Shown here piece after piece: positions 1 through 9,559 of a DNA stretch of 64,000 nucleotides. Origin of the DNA: an uncultured Trueperaceae bacterium (GTDB lineage: Bacteria; Deinococcota; Deinococci; Deinococcales; Trueperaceae); contig CAVSGP010000006.1 of NCBI GenBank assembly GCA_963727505.1, positions 64,001 through 128,000 on the forward strand. The letters are read 5' to 3'. How positions within the stretch are numbered: the first letter of the stretch is position 1; every line of letters begins with the position of its first letter. Under the pieces are notes generated by a model that did no database searches, was not told the origin of the DNA, and saw only the letters and a list, made by a program, of their open reading frames with translations. A program made the translations under genes and the position numbers.

Positions 1-923
1 AGGTGTCGCTCAGCCCCCACCTCCCCACCTTCTTGCGCGAGCACAAGGAGCTCCTGGCCGGCGATCTGGCGATCAGCGCCGACGGCGCGATGTTCGGCCC
101 CGACGACCCGTCGCTCACCGTCGCCTCGCGGGGCAACTGCGCCTGCGAGGTGGTGGTGCAGGGCGCCGCGGTCGACTTGCACTCGGGCGCCTATGGCGGT
201 GCCGTCCCGAACACGCCGCTGGCCCTGGCGCACATCCTGGCGCGGCTGCACGATCACAACGGTCGCGTGGCCGTCCCCGGCTTCTACGACGGCGTGGCGG
301 AACCTTCGCAGGCGATCCGCGACGCGATCCGGTCCATCCCCTTCGACGAGGCGCAGGAGCGCGCTGCCCTCGGTCTGCGGGCGTGGACGGGGGAGGCTGG
401 CTACTCTCCGCAGGAGCGCATGTGGGTGCGGCCCACGCTCGACGTCACCGGCATGGGCGGTGGCTACCAGGGCGATGGCATCAAGACCGTGCTGCCGAGC
501 GAGGCGCGCGCCAAGATCAGTTGCCGGCTCGTTCCCGGGCAGCACCCGGAGCGCATCCTCGGCGCCATCGAGACCTTCGTGCACGACCGCGCCCCGGAGG
601 GCGTCACCGTGAACATCACGCGCCTTCCCGGCATGGCCCGTGCCTACGCCATGCCGCTGGAGCATCCCGCGCTCGAGGCCGCGGCGCGCAGCATGGAGGC
701 CGTGTACGGCAAGCGTCCCTTCCCGATGTGGATGGGGGCCACCGTCCCGGCGGCGGAGGCGTTCCAGTCGGCCCTCGGCATGTGGTGTCTGTACTTCGCC
801 TTCGCCGAGTTCGACAACCAACAGCATGCGCCTAACGAGTTCTACCGGATCGAGACGCTGCGGCGGGGCACCGCTGCCACCATCCGGTTGCTGGCGGCGC
901 TGGAGGACGTGCCGTTGCGCTGA
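1..923 (+). CDS. M20 family dipeptidase/deacylase (5' end outside the window)
   Basis: Motifs DLHSGAYGG, SRG, KTVLP..AKISCRLVP and H(A)PNE are typical of M20 dipeptidases; the ORF is open at the window edge. Confidence 0.85.
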   Translation, partial: VSLSPHLPTFLREHKELLAGDLAISADGAMFGPDDPSLTVASRGNCACEVVVQGAAVDLHSGAYGGAVPNTPLALAHILARLHDHNGRVAVPGFYDGVAEPSQAIRDAIRSIPFDEAQERAALGLRAWTGEAGYSPQERMWVRPTLDVTGMGGGYQGDGIKTVLPSEARAKISCRLVPGQHPERILGAIETFVHDRAPEGVTVNITRLPGMARAYAMPLEHPALEAAARSMEAVYGKRPFPMWMGATVPAAEAFQSALGMWCLYFAFAEFDNQQHAPNEFYRIETLRRGTAATIRLLAALEDVPLR

Positions 924-954
924 GCCGCGCAGCGCGTCCGGTCGCGTTGCGCCG

Positions 955-1029
955 GCGTTGGCACGAAGGCCGCTGGTTCGAATGCTGTTGGTTCGAACGC
1001 TATTGGCCCGAGCACTGTAGCTTCGTACA
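955..1029. repeat. Degenerate 15-bp tandem repeat, 5 units
   Basis: gcgttggcacgaagg / ccgctggttcgaatg / ctgttggttcgaacg / ctattggcccgagca / ctgtagcttcgtaca. Confidence 0.75.
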
Positions 1030-1061
1030 AACAATCCACGCGCGTTCGTAGGTCCCGATGA

Positions 1062-1090
1062 TTGTCGGGGGCGGACGCGCTCCCTATACT
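1062..1090 (+). promoter_or_regulatory. Putative sigma70-type promoter of the hpa operon
   Basis: TTGTCG (1062-1067), 17-bp spacer, TATACT (1085-1090). Confidence 0.6.
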
Positions 1091-1427
1091 CCTGGCAAGG
1101 CAAGGTGTCACGAGGAGGTTGCTGCAGGGCACGGTTGCGCCGGGACACGGTTGCGCCGACCCCGCCTCGACCGGTCGGCTCCGGGCTTCGGCTCGCGGGG
1201 TCGAGTGCTTCGCGTTTCGTCGCGGAGTGCCGGCACGGCGGGCGCGTGATCGAGCGCGCCGTGTGCAGCCGCGGTCCCCCGCCACGGCTTCCCGCTACGG
1301 CGGCGGGCTTCGAGACCTTCCGGCACGCTACCGGCTCCCAACGTCGGCTCCCGCGCCGGCTTTCGGCGGTCGACGGCGTCGCGAGAACGCATCATCGCTC
1401 TTCGGAACGTTCGGCAGGAGGCTTCGG

Positions 1428-2336
1428 ATGCTCGTACCCAAGGGTTCCATCGTCCCGCTCCCGACCCCCTTCAGCGGGGCGGATGCGGCCATCGACGAGG
1501 CCGCGCTGGCGCGCCTCGTCGAGTTCCAGATCGACCACGGCAGTCACGGCCTGAGCTGCACCGGCACCACCGGCGAACCGTCGTCGCTGTCGCTGAGCGA
1601 GCGCAAGCGCGTGATCGATCTGGTGCACGAGACCATCGGTGGGCGCGTGCCGTTCGTCCCGGGCACCGGCACCAACAACATCGACGAGACGCTCGAGCTG
1701 ACGCGCTACGCCGCGCTTCGGGGTGTCGACGGGGTGCTGGTGATCGCGCCGTACTACGTGCGCCCCAACCAGAACAACCTCTTCGCCTACTTCAAGACCG
1801 TGGCCGACGCCGTGCCCGACACGCCGGTCATCCTGTACAACATCCCGGGTCGCACGGCGGTGAACATCGAGCCCGCGACCATCGGCCGCCTGCGCGAGGC
1901 CTGCCCCAACCTGGTGGGCGTCAAGCACGCCACCAAGAACCTCGACGACGTGTCCTACACCTTCGTCCACGCCGGACGCGACTTCGCCGTGTACTGCGGC
2001 GCCGAGACGCTGACCTACCCCATGCTGACGCTGGGCGGCAGCGGGCACATCAGTGCCACGGGCGTGCTGGCTCCGCGCGAGATCGCGCAGCTCTACGAGC
2101 TGGCGGCCGCCGGCAAGTGGGACGAGGCGCGCGACCTGCACTTCCGGATGCTCGAACTCAACGACGTCCTGTTCATCGAGATCAATCCGGTCCCTCTCAA
2201 GACGGCGCTGTCGCTGATGGGGCTGATCGAAGCGCGCTGGCGCCTGCCGCTGGGCCCCATGCTTCCGGAGAACGAGACCCGCCTGAGGAGCACGCTCCAC
2301 CGCTACGGGCTCGTCGAGGCGGAGACGTCGGCGTGA
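1428..2336 (+). CDS. hpaI: DapA-fold 2,4-dihydroxyhept-2-ene-1,7-dioate aldolase (HpaI type)
   Basis: GTTGE, PYY, LYNIPGRT and the catalytic K in GVKH; SD AGGAGG before ATG 1428; first gene of the hpa cluster. Confidence 0.8.
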   Translation: MLVPKGSIVPLPTPFSGADAAIDEAALARLVEFQIDHGSHGLSCTGTTGEPSSLSLSERKRVIDLVHETIGGRVPFVPGTGTNNIDETLELTRYAALRGVDGVLVIAPYYVRPNQNNLFAYFKTVADAVPDTPVILYNIPGRTAVNIEPATIGRLREACPNLVGVKHATKNLDDVSYTFVHAGRDFAVYCGAETLTYPMLTLGGSGHISATGVLAPREIAQLYELAAAGKWDEARDLHFRMLELNDVLFIEINPVPLKTALSLMGLIEARWRLPLGPMLPENETRLRSTLHRYGLVEAETSA

Positions 2337-3148
2337 GGCACGCCCGCGTCATCGCCGACGGCCGGCTCGAGCACGCGCGCGTCGACCTGGACGCGGCCGG
2401 CCGACCGGTCGTCGTGACGGCTTCCGGCCGTGCCTTCGCCGAGGACGGCGTCACCTGGCTGCCGCCCGTCGATCCCGGCACCATCCTGGCGCTGGCACTC
2501 AACTACGGCGACCACGCCCGCGAGCTCGAGCTCGAGCGTCCCGAGCAGCCGGCGCTGTTCCCGAAATTCCGTAACGCCCTGGTGGGCCACCGTGGAGCGG
2601 TGGTGCGGCCCCGCGGCATCGCCTACATGCATTACGAGAACGAACTGGCCGTGGTGATCGGCCGCTCCTGCCGCCGCGTGCGCGAGGCCGACGCGCTCGA
2701 CGTCGTCAAGGGCTACACGATCGCCAACGACTTCGTGGTCCGCGACTTCGTCATCAACCACTTCCGGCCTCCGGTGAAGCCCAAGAACTTCGACACCTTC
2801 CTGCCGCTCGGCCCCTGGCTGGTCGATGCCGAGGACGTGCCGGACCCGCAGGCCCTGGCGCTGACCACCACGGTCAACGGCGAGGTCCGGCAGCAAGGCA
2901 CCACCGCCGACATGCTGTACTCGGTGGCCGAGATCATCGCCTACGTGACCGAGTTCATGACCCTGCAGGAGGACGACGTGCTGCTCACGGGTACGCCCAA
3001 GGGGATCAGCCACGTCCGGGCCCGTGACCAGGTGCGGTGCGAGGTCGAGAAGATCGGCGTCCTAGAGAACACCATCGTCGCCGAGGAGAAGGTGGTCGAC
3101 AACGCGGCGCGTGGCGCCGCGCCGGCCGCCGGGGAGGAGGAGGCATGA
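2333..3148 (+). CDS. hpaG: Fumarylacetoacetate-hydrolase-family HpaG-like isomerase/decarboxylase
   Basis: LALNY..H, HYENELAVVIG, YTIAND, KNFDTFLPLGP, LTGTPKG; GTGA overlap with hpaI. Confidence 0.8.
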   Translation: MRHARVIADGRLEHARVDLDAAGRPVVVTASGRAFAEDGVTWLPPVDPGTILALALNYGDHARELELERPEQPALFPKFRNALVGHRGAVVRPRGIAYMHYENELAVVIGRSCRRVREADALDVVKGYTIANDFVVRDFVINHFRPPVKPKNFDTFLPLGPWLVDAEDVPDPQALALTTTVNGEVRQQGTTADMLYSVAEIIAYVTEFMTLQEDDVLLTGTPKGISHVRARDQVRCEVEKIGVLENTIVAEEKVVDNAARGAAPAAGEEEA

Positions 3149-4692
3149 GCGTCGGGCGGATCGGGGATGGGGTCCCCGACACCCCCGCGGCCGGGCGCCG
3201 CGCCCAGGCGCTGGACGTCGTCCGTCGGCGCTGGGACGGCCATGTCCGCCACCTCGTGGGCGACGCCTGGGTGGACAGCCAGGGCGGCGGCGCCTTCGAG
3301 ACGCGCTCGCCCATCGACGACGCCCACCTGGCGACGGTCGCCGCCGGCGAGGCGGCCGACGTCGACCGCGCCGCCCGGGCGGCGGCGGAGGCGTTCCGCT
3401 CCTGGCGCCGGGTGAGCGCCGCCGAGCGGCGCGCGCTGCTCCATCGCGTGGCCGACCTCATCGAGGAGCACGCCGAGGAGATCACCCTGCTCGAGGTGAT
3501 CGACACCGGGCAGCCCTGGCGATTCATGAGCCAGGCGGCTCGGCGCGGCGCTCGGAACTTCCGGTTCTTCGCCGACCGCGCCGAGCAGGCGGGCAACGGC
3601 CTCAGCCTGCCGTCCGACGAGCACCTCAACTACACGCTGCGTCAGCCCATCGGCCCGGTCGGGGTCATCACCCCCTGGAACACCCCCTTCATGCTCTCGA
3701 CCTGGAAGATCGCGCCCGCCCTGGCTGCCGGGTGCACCGTGGTGCACAAGCCGGCGGAGTGGAGTCCGCTCAGCGCCACACGGCTGGCCGAGTTGATGCG
3801 CGAGGCGGGCCTGCCCGCGGGCGTCGTGAACGTTGTGCACGGCGACGGCGAGACCGCCGGGCGGGCACTCACCGAGCACCCGCTCATCAAGGCGGTCGCT
3901 TTCGTCGGCGAGTCGGTCACCGGTAGCCGCATCATGGCGCAGGGCGCCCCCACCTTGAAGCGCGTGCACTTCGAGCTGGGCGGCAAGAACCCGGTTGTGG
4001 TCTTCGCGGACGCCGACCTGGAGCGCGCGCTCGACGCGGTGGTCTTCATGATCTACAGCCTCAACGGCGAGCGCTGCACGTCCTCCAGCCGGGTGCTCGT
4101 CGAGGCCGGCATCTACGACGACTTCACCGCCCGCATCGCCGAGCGCGCTGGACGCATCCGCGTCGGCGATCCTTTCGACCCCGAAACGGAGATGGGGCCG
4201 CTCATCCACCCCGAGCACCTGGCCAAGGTGCTGGGCTACATGGACGTGGCCCGCCGGGAGGGGGCCACCGTCGCGGCCGGCGGCGGTCCCGCCGCGGGGC
4301 TCGAAGGGGGCTACGTGGCGCCCACCCTGTTCACCGGGGCGCGCCCGGAGATGCGCATCGCTCAGGAGGAGATCTTCGGGCCGGTCCTGACGGCCATCCC
4401 CTTCGCAAGTGAGGCGCAGGCGCTCGAGCTCGCCAACGGCGTGCCCTACGGCCTTGCGGCCTACCTTTGGACGCGCGACGCCGCTCGCGCGCACCGCTTC
4501 GCGCGCGACGTCGAGGCAGGCATGGTGTGGGTGAACTCGCAGAACGTGCGGCACCTGCCGACACCCTTCGGCGGCGCCAAGATGAGCGGCATCGGCCGCG
4601 ACGGTGGAGACTACAGCTTCGACTTCTACATGGAGACCAAGAACGTTTCCGTCGCCCTGGGGGACCATCGCATCCCCAAGCTGGGCGCCTGA
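3145..4692 (+). CDS. hpaE: 5-carboxymethyl-2-hydroxymuconate semialdehyde dehydrogenase
   Basis: ALDH motifs [53 protein letters not shown] overlap. Confidence 0.9.
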   Translation: MSVGRIGDGVPDTPAAGRRAQALDVVRRRWDGHVRHLVGDAWVDSQGGGAFETRSPIDDAHLATVAAGEAADVDRAARAAAEAFRSWRRVSAAERRALLHRVADLIEEHAEEITLLEVIDTGQPWRFMSQAARRGARNFRFFADRAEQAGNGLSLPSDEHLNYTLRQPIGPVGVITPWNTPFMLSTWKIAPALAAGCTVVHKPAEWSPLSATRLAELMREAGLPAGVVNVVHGDGETAGRALTEHPLIKAVAFVGESVTGSRIMAQGAPTLKRVHFELGGKNPVVVFADADLERALDAVVFMIYSLNGERCTSSSRVLVEAGIYDDFTARIAERAGRIRVGDPFDPETEMGPLIHPEHLAKVLGYMDVARREGATVAAGGGPAAGLEGGYVAPTLFTGARPEMRIAQEEIFGPVLTAIPFASEAQALELANGVPYGLAAYLWTRDAARAHRFARDVEAGMVWVNSQNVRHLPTPFGGAKMSGIGRDGGDYSFDFYMETKNVSVALGDHRIPKLGA

Positions 4693-4706
4693 GAGGGGAC
4701 GCAAGG

Positions 4707-6197
4707 ATGCCCGTACGCACCGGCCGGCAGTTCCTGGAAGGGCTCAAGCGCAACCCGCCCAACATCTGGGTGGACGGCGAGAAGGTCGACGACCCGACCA
4801 CCCACCCCGCCACCGCCAACGTCGCCAGGTCGATCGCCCACCTCTACGACCTGCAACACCGCCCCGACCTGGTCGACGTGCTCACCTACGAGAGCCCGTC
4901 GAGCGGTGAGCGCGTGGGCATGAGCTTCCTCGAGCCGCAGTCCAAGGACGATCTTCGGCGGCGCGCGCGCATGCACAAGGTCTGGGCCGACGCCAGCCTC
5001 GGCTTCATCGGGCGCAGCCCGGACTACCTCAACGTCAACCTGATGGCGGCGGCGCGGGCGGCCGCCTACTTCGAGCAGTGCGATCCCCGTTTCGGGGCCA
5101 ACATGCGCCGCTACTACGAGTACGTGCGCGAGCACGACCTCTGCCTCACCCACGCGCTGACCAACCCGCAGGTGAACCGGGAGAAGCGCGCCGATCAGCT
5201 CAGCGACCCCTACATCGCGCTGGGTCTGGTGAAGGAGGTCGACGAGGGCATCGTGGTGCGCGGGGCCCGCATGATGGCGACGCTGCCGATCGCCGACGAG
5301 ATCCTCATCTTCCCGTCGACGGTGCTCAAGGAGCAGGAGGAGATGACGCGCTACGCCCTGGCCTTCGCGGTGCCCTGCTCCGCGCCGGGGTTGAGCTTCC
5401 AGTGTCGGGAGCCGCTCGACCTCGGGCGCAGCCACGAGGACCATCCGTTGGGCTCACGCTTCGACGAGATGGACGCGATGGTCTACTTCGACGACGTGCT
5501 GGTGCCCTGGGACCGCGTCTTCATCGTCGGCGACGTCAAGCTCGCCAACCGCGCCTACGCCACCACCGGCGCCGTGTACCACATGGCCCACCAGGTGCTC
5601 GGCGTCAAGATCGCCAAGACCGAAGCGTTCCTGGGCGCGGCGCAGGCGATCGTCGACATGATCGGCAGCGAGCAGTTCCAGCACGTGCAGCAGAAGGTGG
5701 CCGAGCTCATCATCGTCCTCGAGATCATGAAGGCGCTGCGCACCCAGGCGGAGGAGACGGCCTTCCTCGACGCCTACGGCACCATGACGCCGGGTAAGGA
5801 CGCGGTGAACGCGGCCCGCAACTACTTCCCGCAGGTCTACCCGCGCATGGTGGAGATCCTGCAACTGCTGTCTGCCAGCGGCCTCATCATGATCCCGACC
5901 GAGCGCGACCGGAACGGGCCGATGGCGGACAGCATCGGCAAGTTCCTGCAGGCGCGCAACGCCGACAGCGAGACGCGCATCAAGCTCTACCGCCTTGCAT
6001 GGGACATGACGATCTCCGCCTTCGGAGGACGCCAGAACCTCTACGAGAAGTTCTTCTTCGGCGACCCCGTGCGTACCCAGTGCGCCCTCTACCAGAGCTA
6101 CGACAAGCAGCCCTACGTCGACCGGGTGCTGCGCTTCCTGCAGCGTTCGGACGACCCTGCGGGCGAGCCGTCCGCGCCGGCGCAGCCGGCGGACTAG
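4707..6197 (+). CDS. hpaB: 4-hydroxyphenylacetate 3-monooxygenase, oxygenase component
   Basis: [11 protein letters not shown]-terminus, [42 protein letters not shown]. Confidence 0.92.
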   Translation: MPVRTGRQFLEGLKRNPPNIWVDGEKVDDPTTHPATANVARSIAHLYDLQHRPDLVDVLTYESPSSGERVGMSFLEPQSKDDLRRRARMHKVWADASLGFIGRSPDYLNVNLMAAARAAAYFEQCDPRFGANMRRYYEYVREHDLCLTHALTNPQVNREKRADQLSDPYIALGLVKEVDEGIVVRGARMMATLPIADEILIFPSTVLKEQEEMTRYALAFAVPCSAPGLSFQCREPLDLGRSHEDHPLGSRFDEMDAMVYFDDVLVPWDRVFIVGDVKLANRAYATTGAVYHMAHQVLGVKIAKTEAFLGAAQAIVDMIGSEQFQHVQQKVAELIIVLEIMKALRTQAEETAFLDAYGTMTPGKDAVNAARNYFPQVYPRMVEILQLLSASGLIMIPTERDRNGPMADSIGKFLQARNADSETRIKLYRLAWDMTISAFGGRQNLYEKFFFGDPVRTQCALYQSYDKQPYVDRVLRFLQRSDDPAGEPSAPAQPAD

Positions 6198-6217
6198 GGG
6201 AGGGGAGGAAGGACCCG

Positions 6218-7210
6218 ATGCCGATCCGCGAAGCGGGGACCCCACCCTTCGACATCGTGCGCCTGAGCCATGTGGAGCTCGGCGCGGGCGACCTGGATCG
6301 TTCGCGCGCCTTCTACGTCGACGCCCTCGGGTTCGTGGAGACCGAGCGCACGGAGGACGCGCTCTACCTGCGCGGCCTGGAGGAGCGCAGTCACCACTCG
6401 CTGGTCCTCCGTGGCGGCGCCGAGCCGTTGTGCTACCGGCTCGGCTACCGGTTGCGCTCGGAGGCCGACCTGGACGCCGCCCACGCCTTCTTCGAGGAAC
6501 ATGGCTGGCGCGCGGGGTGGGTGAACGCCTACGGTCAGGGCCGTACGCTCCACGTGCGCGACCCCTTCGGCGTGCCGCTGGCGTTCTACGCCAGCCAGCC
6601 GCAGCAGCCCCGCATGCTGCAGGCCTATGGCGCCTACCACGGGGCCGCCGTGCAGCGCATCGACCACTTCAACCTCTTCGCGGCCGACCTGCAGGCCACC
6701 TACGACTTCTACACCCGGCGCCTGGGTTTCCGCACCACCGAGTACACCGAGACCGAGCCGGAGCCGGGCCGGGAGAGCGAGTTGTGGGCTGCGTGGATGC
6801 ACCGCAAGGGCAACGTCCACGACCTGGCGCTCACCAACGGCCGCGGTCCTCGCCTGCACCACGTGGGGGTGTGGACCCGCGGCGAGATGGACATCCTGCA
6901 CGCCTGCGACGTGCTCGCCTCCACCGGCTGGTTGTCGTCGATGGAGCGGGGCCCGGGCCGCCACGGCATCTCCAACGCCTTCTTCCTCTACCTCCGCGAT
7001 CCCGACGGCCACCGCATCGAGCTCTTCACGGGGGACTACCTCACGGTCGATCCGGACTTCGAGCCCATCCGCTGGACACTCGACGATCCGCGACGGCAAA
7101 CCCTCTGGGGCCAGCCGGCGCCGCCTTCCTGGTTCGAGGAGGGCACGCCCTTCGAGGGGGTGAATGTGGACGAGCCCAAGTTGAAGGCCCGCCCCATCCA
7201 CGCACGGTAG
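6218..7210 (+). CDS. hpaD: Homoprotocatechuate (3,4-dihydroxyphenylacetate) 2,3-dioxygenase, VOC family
   Basis: RIDHFN, HRKGNVHDLALTNGRGPRLHH, ERGPGRHGISNAFFLYLRDPDGHRIE. Confidence 0.92.
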   Translation: MPIREAGTPPFDIVRLSHVELGAGDLDRSRAFYVDALGFVETERTEDALYLRGLEERSHHSLVLRGGAEPLCYRLGYRLRSEADLDAAHAFFEEHGWRAGWVNAYGQGRTLHVRDPFGVPLAFYASQPQQPRMLQAYGAYHGAAVQRIDHFNLFAADLQATYDFYTRRLGFRTTEYTETEPEPGRESELWAAWMHRKGNVHDLALTNGRGPRLHHVGVWTRGEMDILHACDVLASTGWLSSMERGPGRHGISNAFFLYLRDPDGHRIELFTGDYLTVDPDFEPIRWTLDDPRRQTLWGQPAPPSWFEEGTPFEGVNVDEPKLKARPIHAR

Positions 7211-7314
7211 GAGACGCTGCGGTTCGGCGCACAGGGAGCGGCCCTGCGCGTCCGAGGCTGGCGGTTCGAAGCGTGCCGCGAGGCACACGGGACCTGATTG
7301 ACGAGGTGGTTGGC

Positions 7315-8490
7315 ATGACACGCGCGAGACTTACGATCTTGACCCTCCTGACGGCGGCCCTGGCGGGCCTCGGCGGCGCGGCACTGGCGCAGGACATCGT
7401 GATCGGAGCGGCCATCGCCCAGACGGGCCCCGCCTCCTCGCTCGGTTCGGGCGAGGCCGACGCCCTCAAGCTCTTCGAGAAGCAGGTCAACGACGCCGGC
7501 GGCTTGATGGGCCACAACCTGAAGATCGTCCTGCTCGATACCGCCAGCGATCCCTCCAAGGCTGTGCTGGACGTCCGCAAGCTGATCACCGAGTCGGGCG
7601 CGCTGGCGGTCATCTGCTGCACCACCAGCCCCGAATCGCTGGCGGTCATCGACACGCTGCAGCGCGCCGAGGTACCCAACATCTCCATCGCGGCGTCGGC
7701 ATCCATCGTGCAGCCCGCCTCCGAGCGCCACTGGGTGTTCAAGACGCCGCCGATCGACGCCACCATGGTCACCGCCGAGGTGAAGGACATGGTCGCCCAG
7801 GGCGTGAAGACCCTCGGCTTCATCGGTTTCAACGACGCCTACGGCCAGGGCGGCCTCGCCGCGCTGCAGGCGGCGGCGCCCTCCGACAACGTCGACATCG
7901 TCGCGACCGAGTCGTTCGCGCGCAGCGATACCAACCTGAGTTCGCAGGCGACGAAGCTGGTCGCGGCCCATCCCGACGCCGTGCTCATCTGGGCCATCCC
8001 GCCGGCCGGAAACGTGGCCGAGAAGGCGCTCCAGGACGCCGGCTACCAGGGGCTCATCTACCAGAGTTACGGCATGACCAACGAGACCTTCCTGCGCCTG
8101 GGCGGCGCCAGCCTCAACGGCACCCGCCTGTCGGTGCTGCCGGTGATCGTGCACGACAAGCTGCCCGCCTCGCTGCCGTTCGCATCGGTGGTGCAGGACT
8201 TCGTGAAGACCTACCGGGACGCCTACGGCTCGGTTCCCAGCTCCTTCGCCGGCCACGCCTGGGACGCCGGCCTGATCCTCGAGGCAGCCAGCAAGCAGGT
8301 GTTGGCGTCGACCTCGCCGAACGACGTCAAGGCCTTCCGCAGCGCGCTCCGGGACGCCATCGAGAACCTTCACGACTTCCCCGCGGTCGACGGCACCTTC
8401 AACTTCTCGGCGACCGACCACAGCGGTCTGGACACCTCGTCGGCCATCATGGTCACGGTGCAGGACGGCGCCTACCAGCTCGTTCCTTAG
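7315..8490 (+). CDS. LivK-like ABC substrate-binding protein (probably aromatic acid uptake)
   Basis: Signal peptide ending ALA-Q; IVIGA..QTGPASSLG, DTASDP, DAYG; located within the hpa operon. Confidence 0.85.
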   Translation: MTRARLTILTLLTAALAGLGGAALAQDIVIGAAIAQTGPASSLGSGEADALKLFEKQVNDAGGLMGHNLKIVLLDTASDPSKAVLDVRKLITESGALAVICCTTSPESLAVIDTLQRAEVPNISIAASASIVQPASERHWVFKTPPIDATMVTAEVKDMVAQGVKTLGFIGFNDAYGQGGLAALQAAAPSDNVDIVATESFARSDTNLSSQATKLVAAHPDAVLIWAIPPAGNVAEKALQDAGYQGLIYQSYGMTNETFLRLGGASLNGTRLSVLPVIVHDKLPASLPFASVVQDFVKTYRDAYGSVPSSFAGHAWDAGLILEAASKQVLASTSPNDVKAFRSALRDAIENLHDFPAVDGTFNFSATDHSGLDTSSAIMVTVQDGAYQLVP

Positions 8491-8545
8491 CACCTGAGCG
8501 TTGCGGCCCGGCCGAGCGGCCCGGGAAGGGGTGGATGCAAACGGC

Positions 8546-9559
8546 ATGACGATGAGCACCGCGCTCTTCCTGTTCGTGACCGGCCTGACCAACGGCGCGA
8601 TCTACGCGCTGCTCGGCCTCGGGCTCGTGCTGATCTACAACGTCACGCGCGTGATCAACATCGCGCAGGGTGAGTTCGTCATGCTCGGCGCGCTCACCGC
8701 GGTGGGGCTCACGACGGGTGAGGCCACGGGCGGCATCACGCTGGCGATCCTGGCGGGTGCTGCCTGGGCCTTGCTGGTGTTGCTGCTACGGAGGCGGTGG
8801 TCGCTCCTGTGGCTGCCGCCCCTGGGCGCGTTCGGCCTGAGCTGGCTGGTGCACGTGGCCGGGCCCTTCCACCTGCCGCCGTTGCTGGCCGTGCTGGTGG
8901 CCACCGTCGCCGTGGCCTTCGTGGGCGCGGCGCTCTACCGCCTCACCATCCAGCCGGCCGCGGCCGCCGGCGAGGTGGTGTTCCTGATCATCACCACCGG
9001 TCTCTACCTCGGCCTGCAGGGGCTCGGGCTGCTGTTCTGGGGGCCCGGCTCGTTCAGCTTCCCCAGCATCCACGGCGGCCAGATCGCCGCGGGCGGGGTC
9101 CGGGTCAGCTACCAGAGCCTGTTCGTGCTGGCCGCGACGCTGGTGGTGCTGGCGCTGCTGTGGCTGTTCTTCGAGCGCACGCTGTTCGGCAAGGCGCTGC
9201 GTGCGGCGGCCATGAACCGCCTGGGTGCGCGCCTGGTGGGCATATCGCCGGAGCGCGCGGGGCTGGTGGCGTTCGCCATCAGCGCGGGCATCTCCGCACT
9301 GGCGGGGGTCCTCATCGCACCCATCACCTATGCCACCTACGACATGGGTCTCGGACTCGGCTTGAAGGGGTTCGTCGGCGCCGTGATCGGCGGGCTGTCG
9401 GGCTACCCGGGCGCCGTGCTGGGCGGGCTGGCGATCGGCGTGCTGGAAGCCTTCGCCGCTTACACCACCTCGGCCTACGGCGAGGCCATCGTGTATGCCC
9501 TGATCATCCCGATCCTGCTCCTGAGGGTGATCGCCGTGCGGCGCGGAGCGGCGACGTGA
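8546..9559 (+). CDS. LivH-like ABC permease
   Basis: GLTNGAIYALLGLGLVLIY, INIAQGEF, GKALRAAAMN, KGFVGAVIGG. Confidence 0.88.
   Translation: MTMSTALFLFVTGLTNGAIYALLGLGLVLIYNVTRVINIAQGEFVMLGALTAVGLTTGEATGGITLAILAGAAWALLVLLLRRRWSLLWLPPLGAFGLSWLVHVAGPFHLPPLLAVLVATVAVAFVGAALYRLTIQPAAAAGEVVFLIITTGLYLGLQGLGLLFWGPGSFSFPSIHGGQIAAGGVRVSYQSLFVLAATLVVLALLWLFFERTLFGKALRAAAMNRLGARLVGISPERAGLVAFAISAGISALAGVLIAPITYATYDMGLGLGLKGFVGAVIGGLSGYPGAVLGGLAIGVLEAFAAYTTSAYGEAIVYALIIPILLLRVIAVRRGAAT

Noticed and set aside
955..1029. Possible CRISPR array (also considered at 32918-32969 and 41400-41466)
   Set aside because: Units are 11-19 bp, lack unique spacers of about 30 bp, and no cas genes are present.
1062..1427. 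N-terminal extension of the DapA-like ORF, and similar extensions on ORFs starting at 6430, 8797, 25724, 26230 and 47067
   Set aside because: Arg/Ala-rich sequence that mostly overlaps neighbouring genes; SD sites or stop/start overlaps mark the downstream starts.
1428..2336. Calling this gene the lysine-pathway dapA
   Set aside because: It is translationally coupled to hpa catabolic genes, which fits the HpaI-type paralogue.
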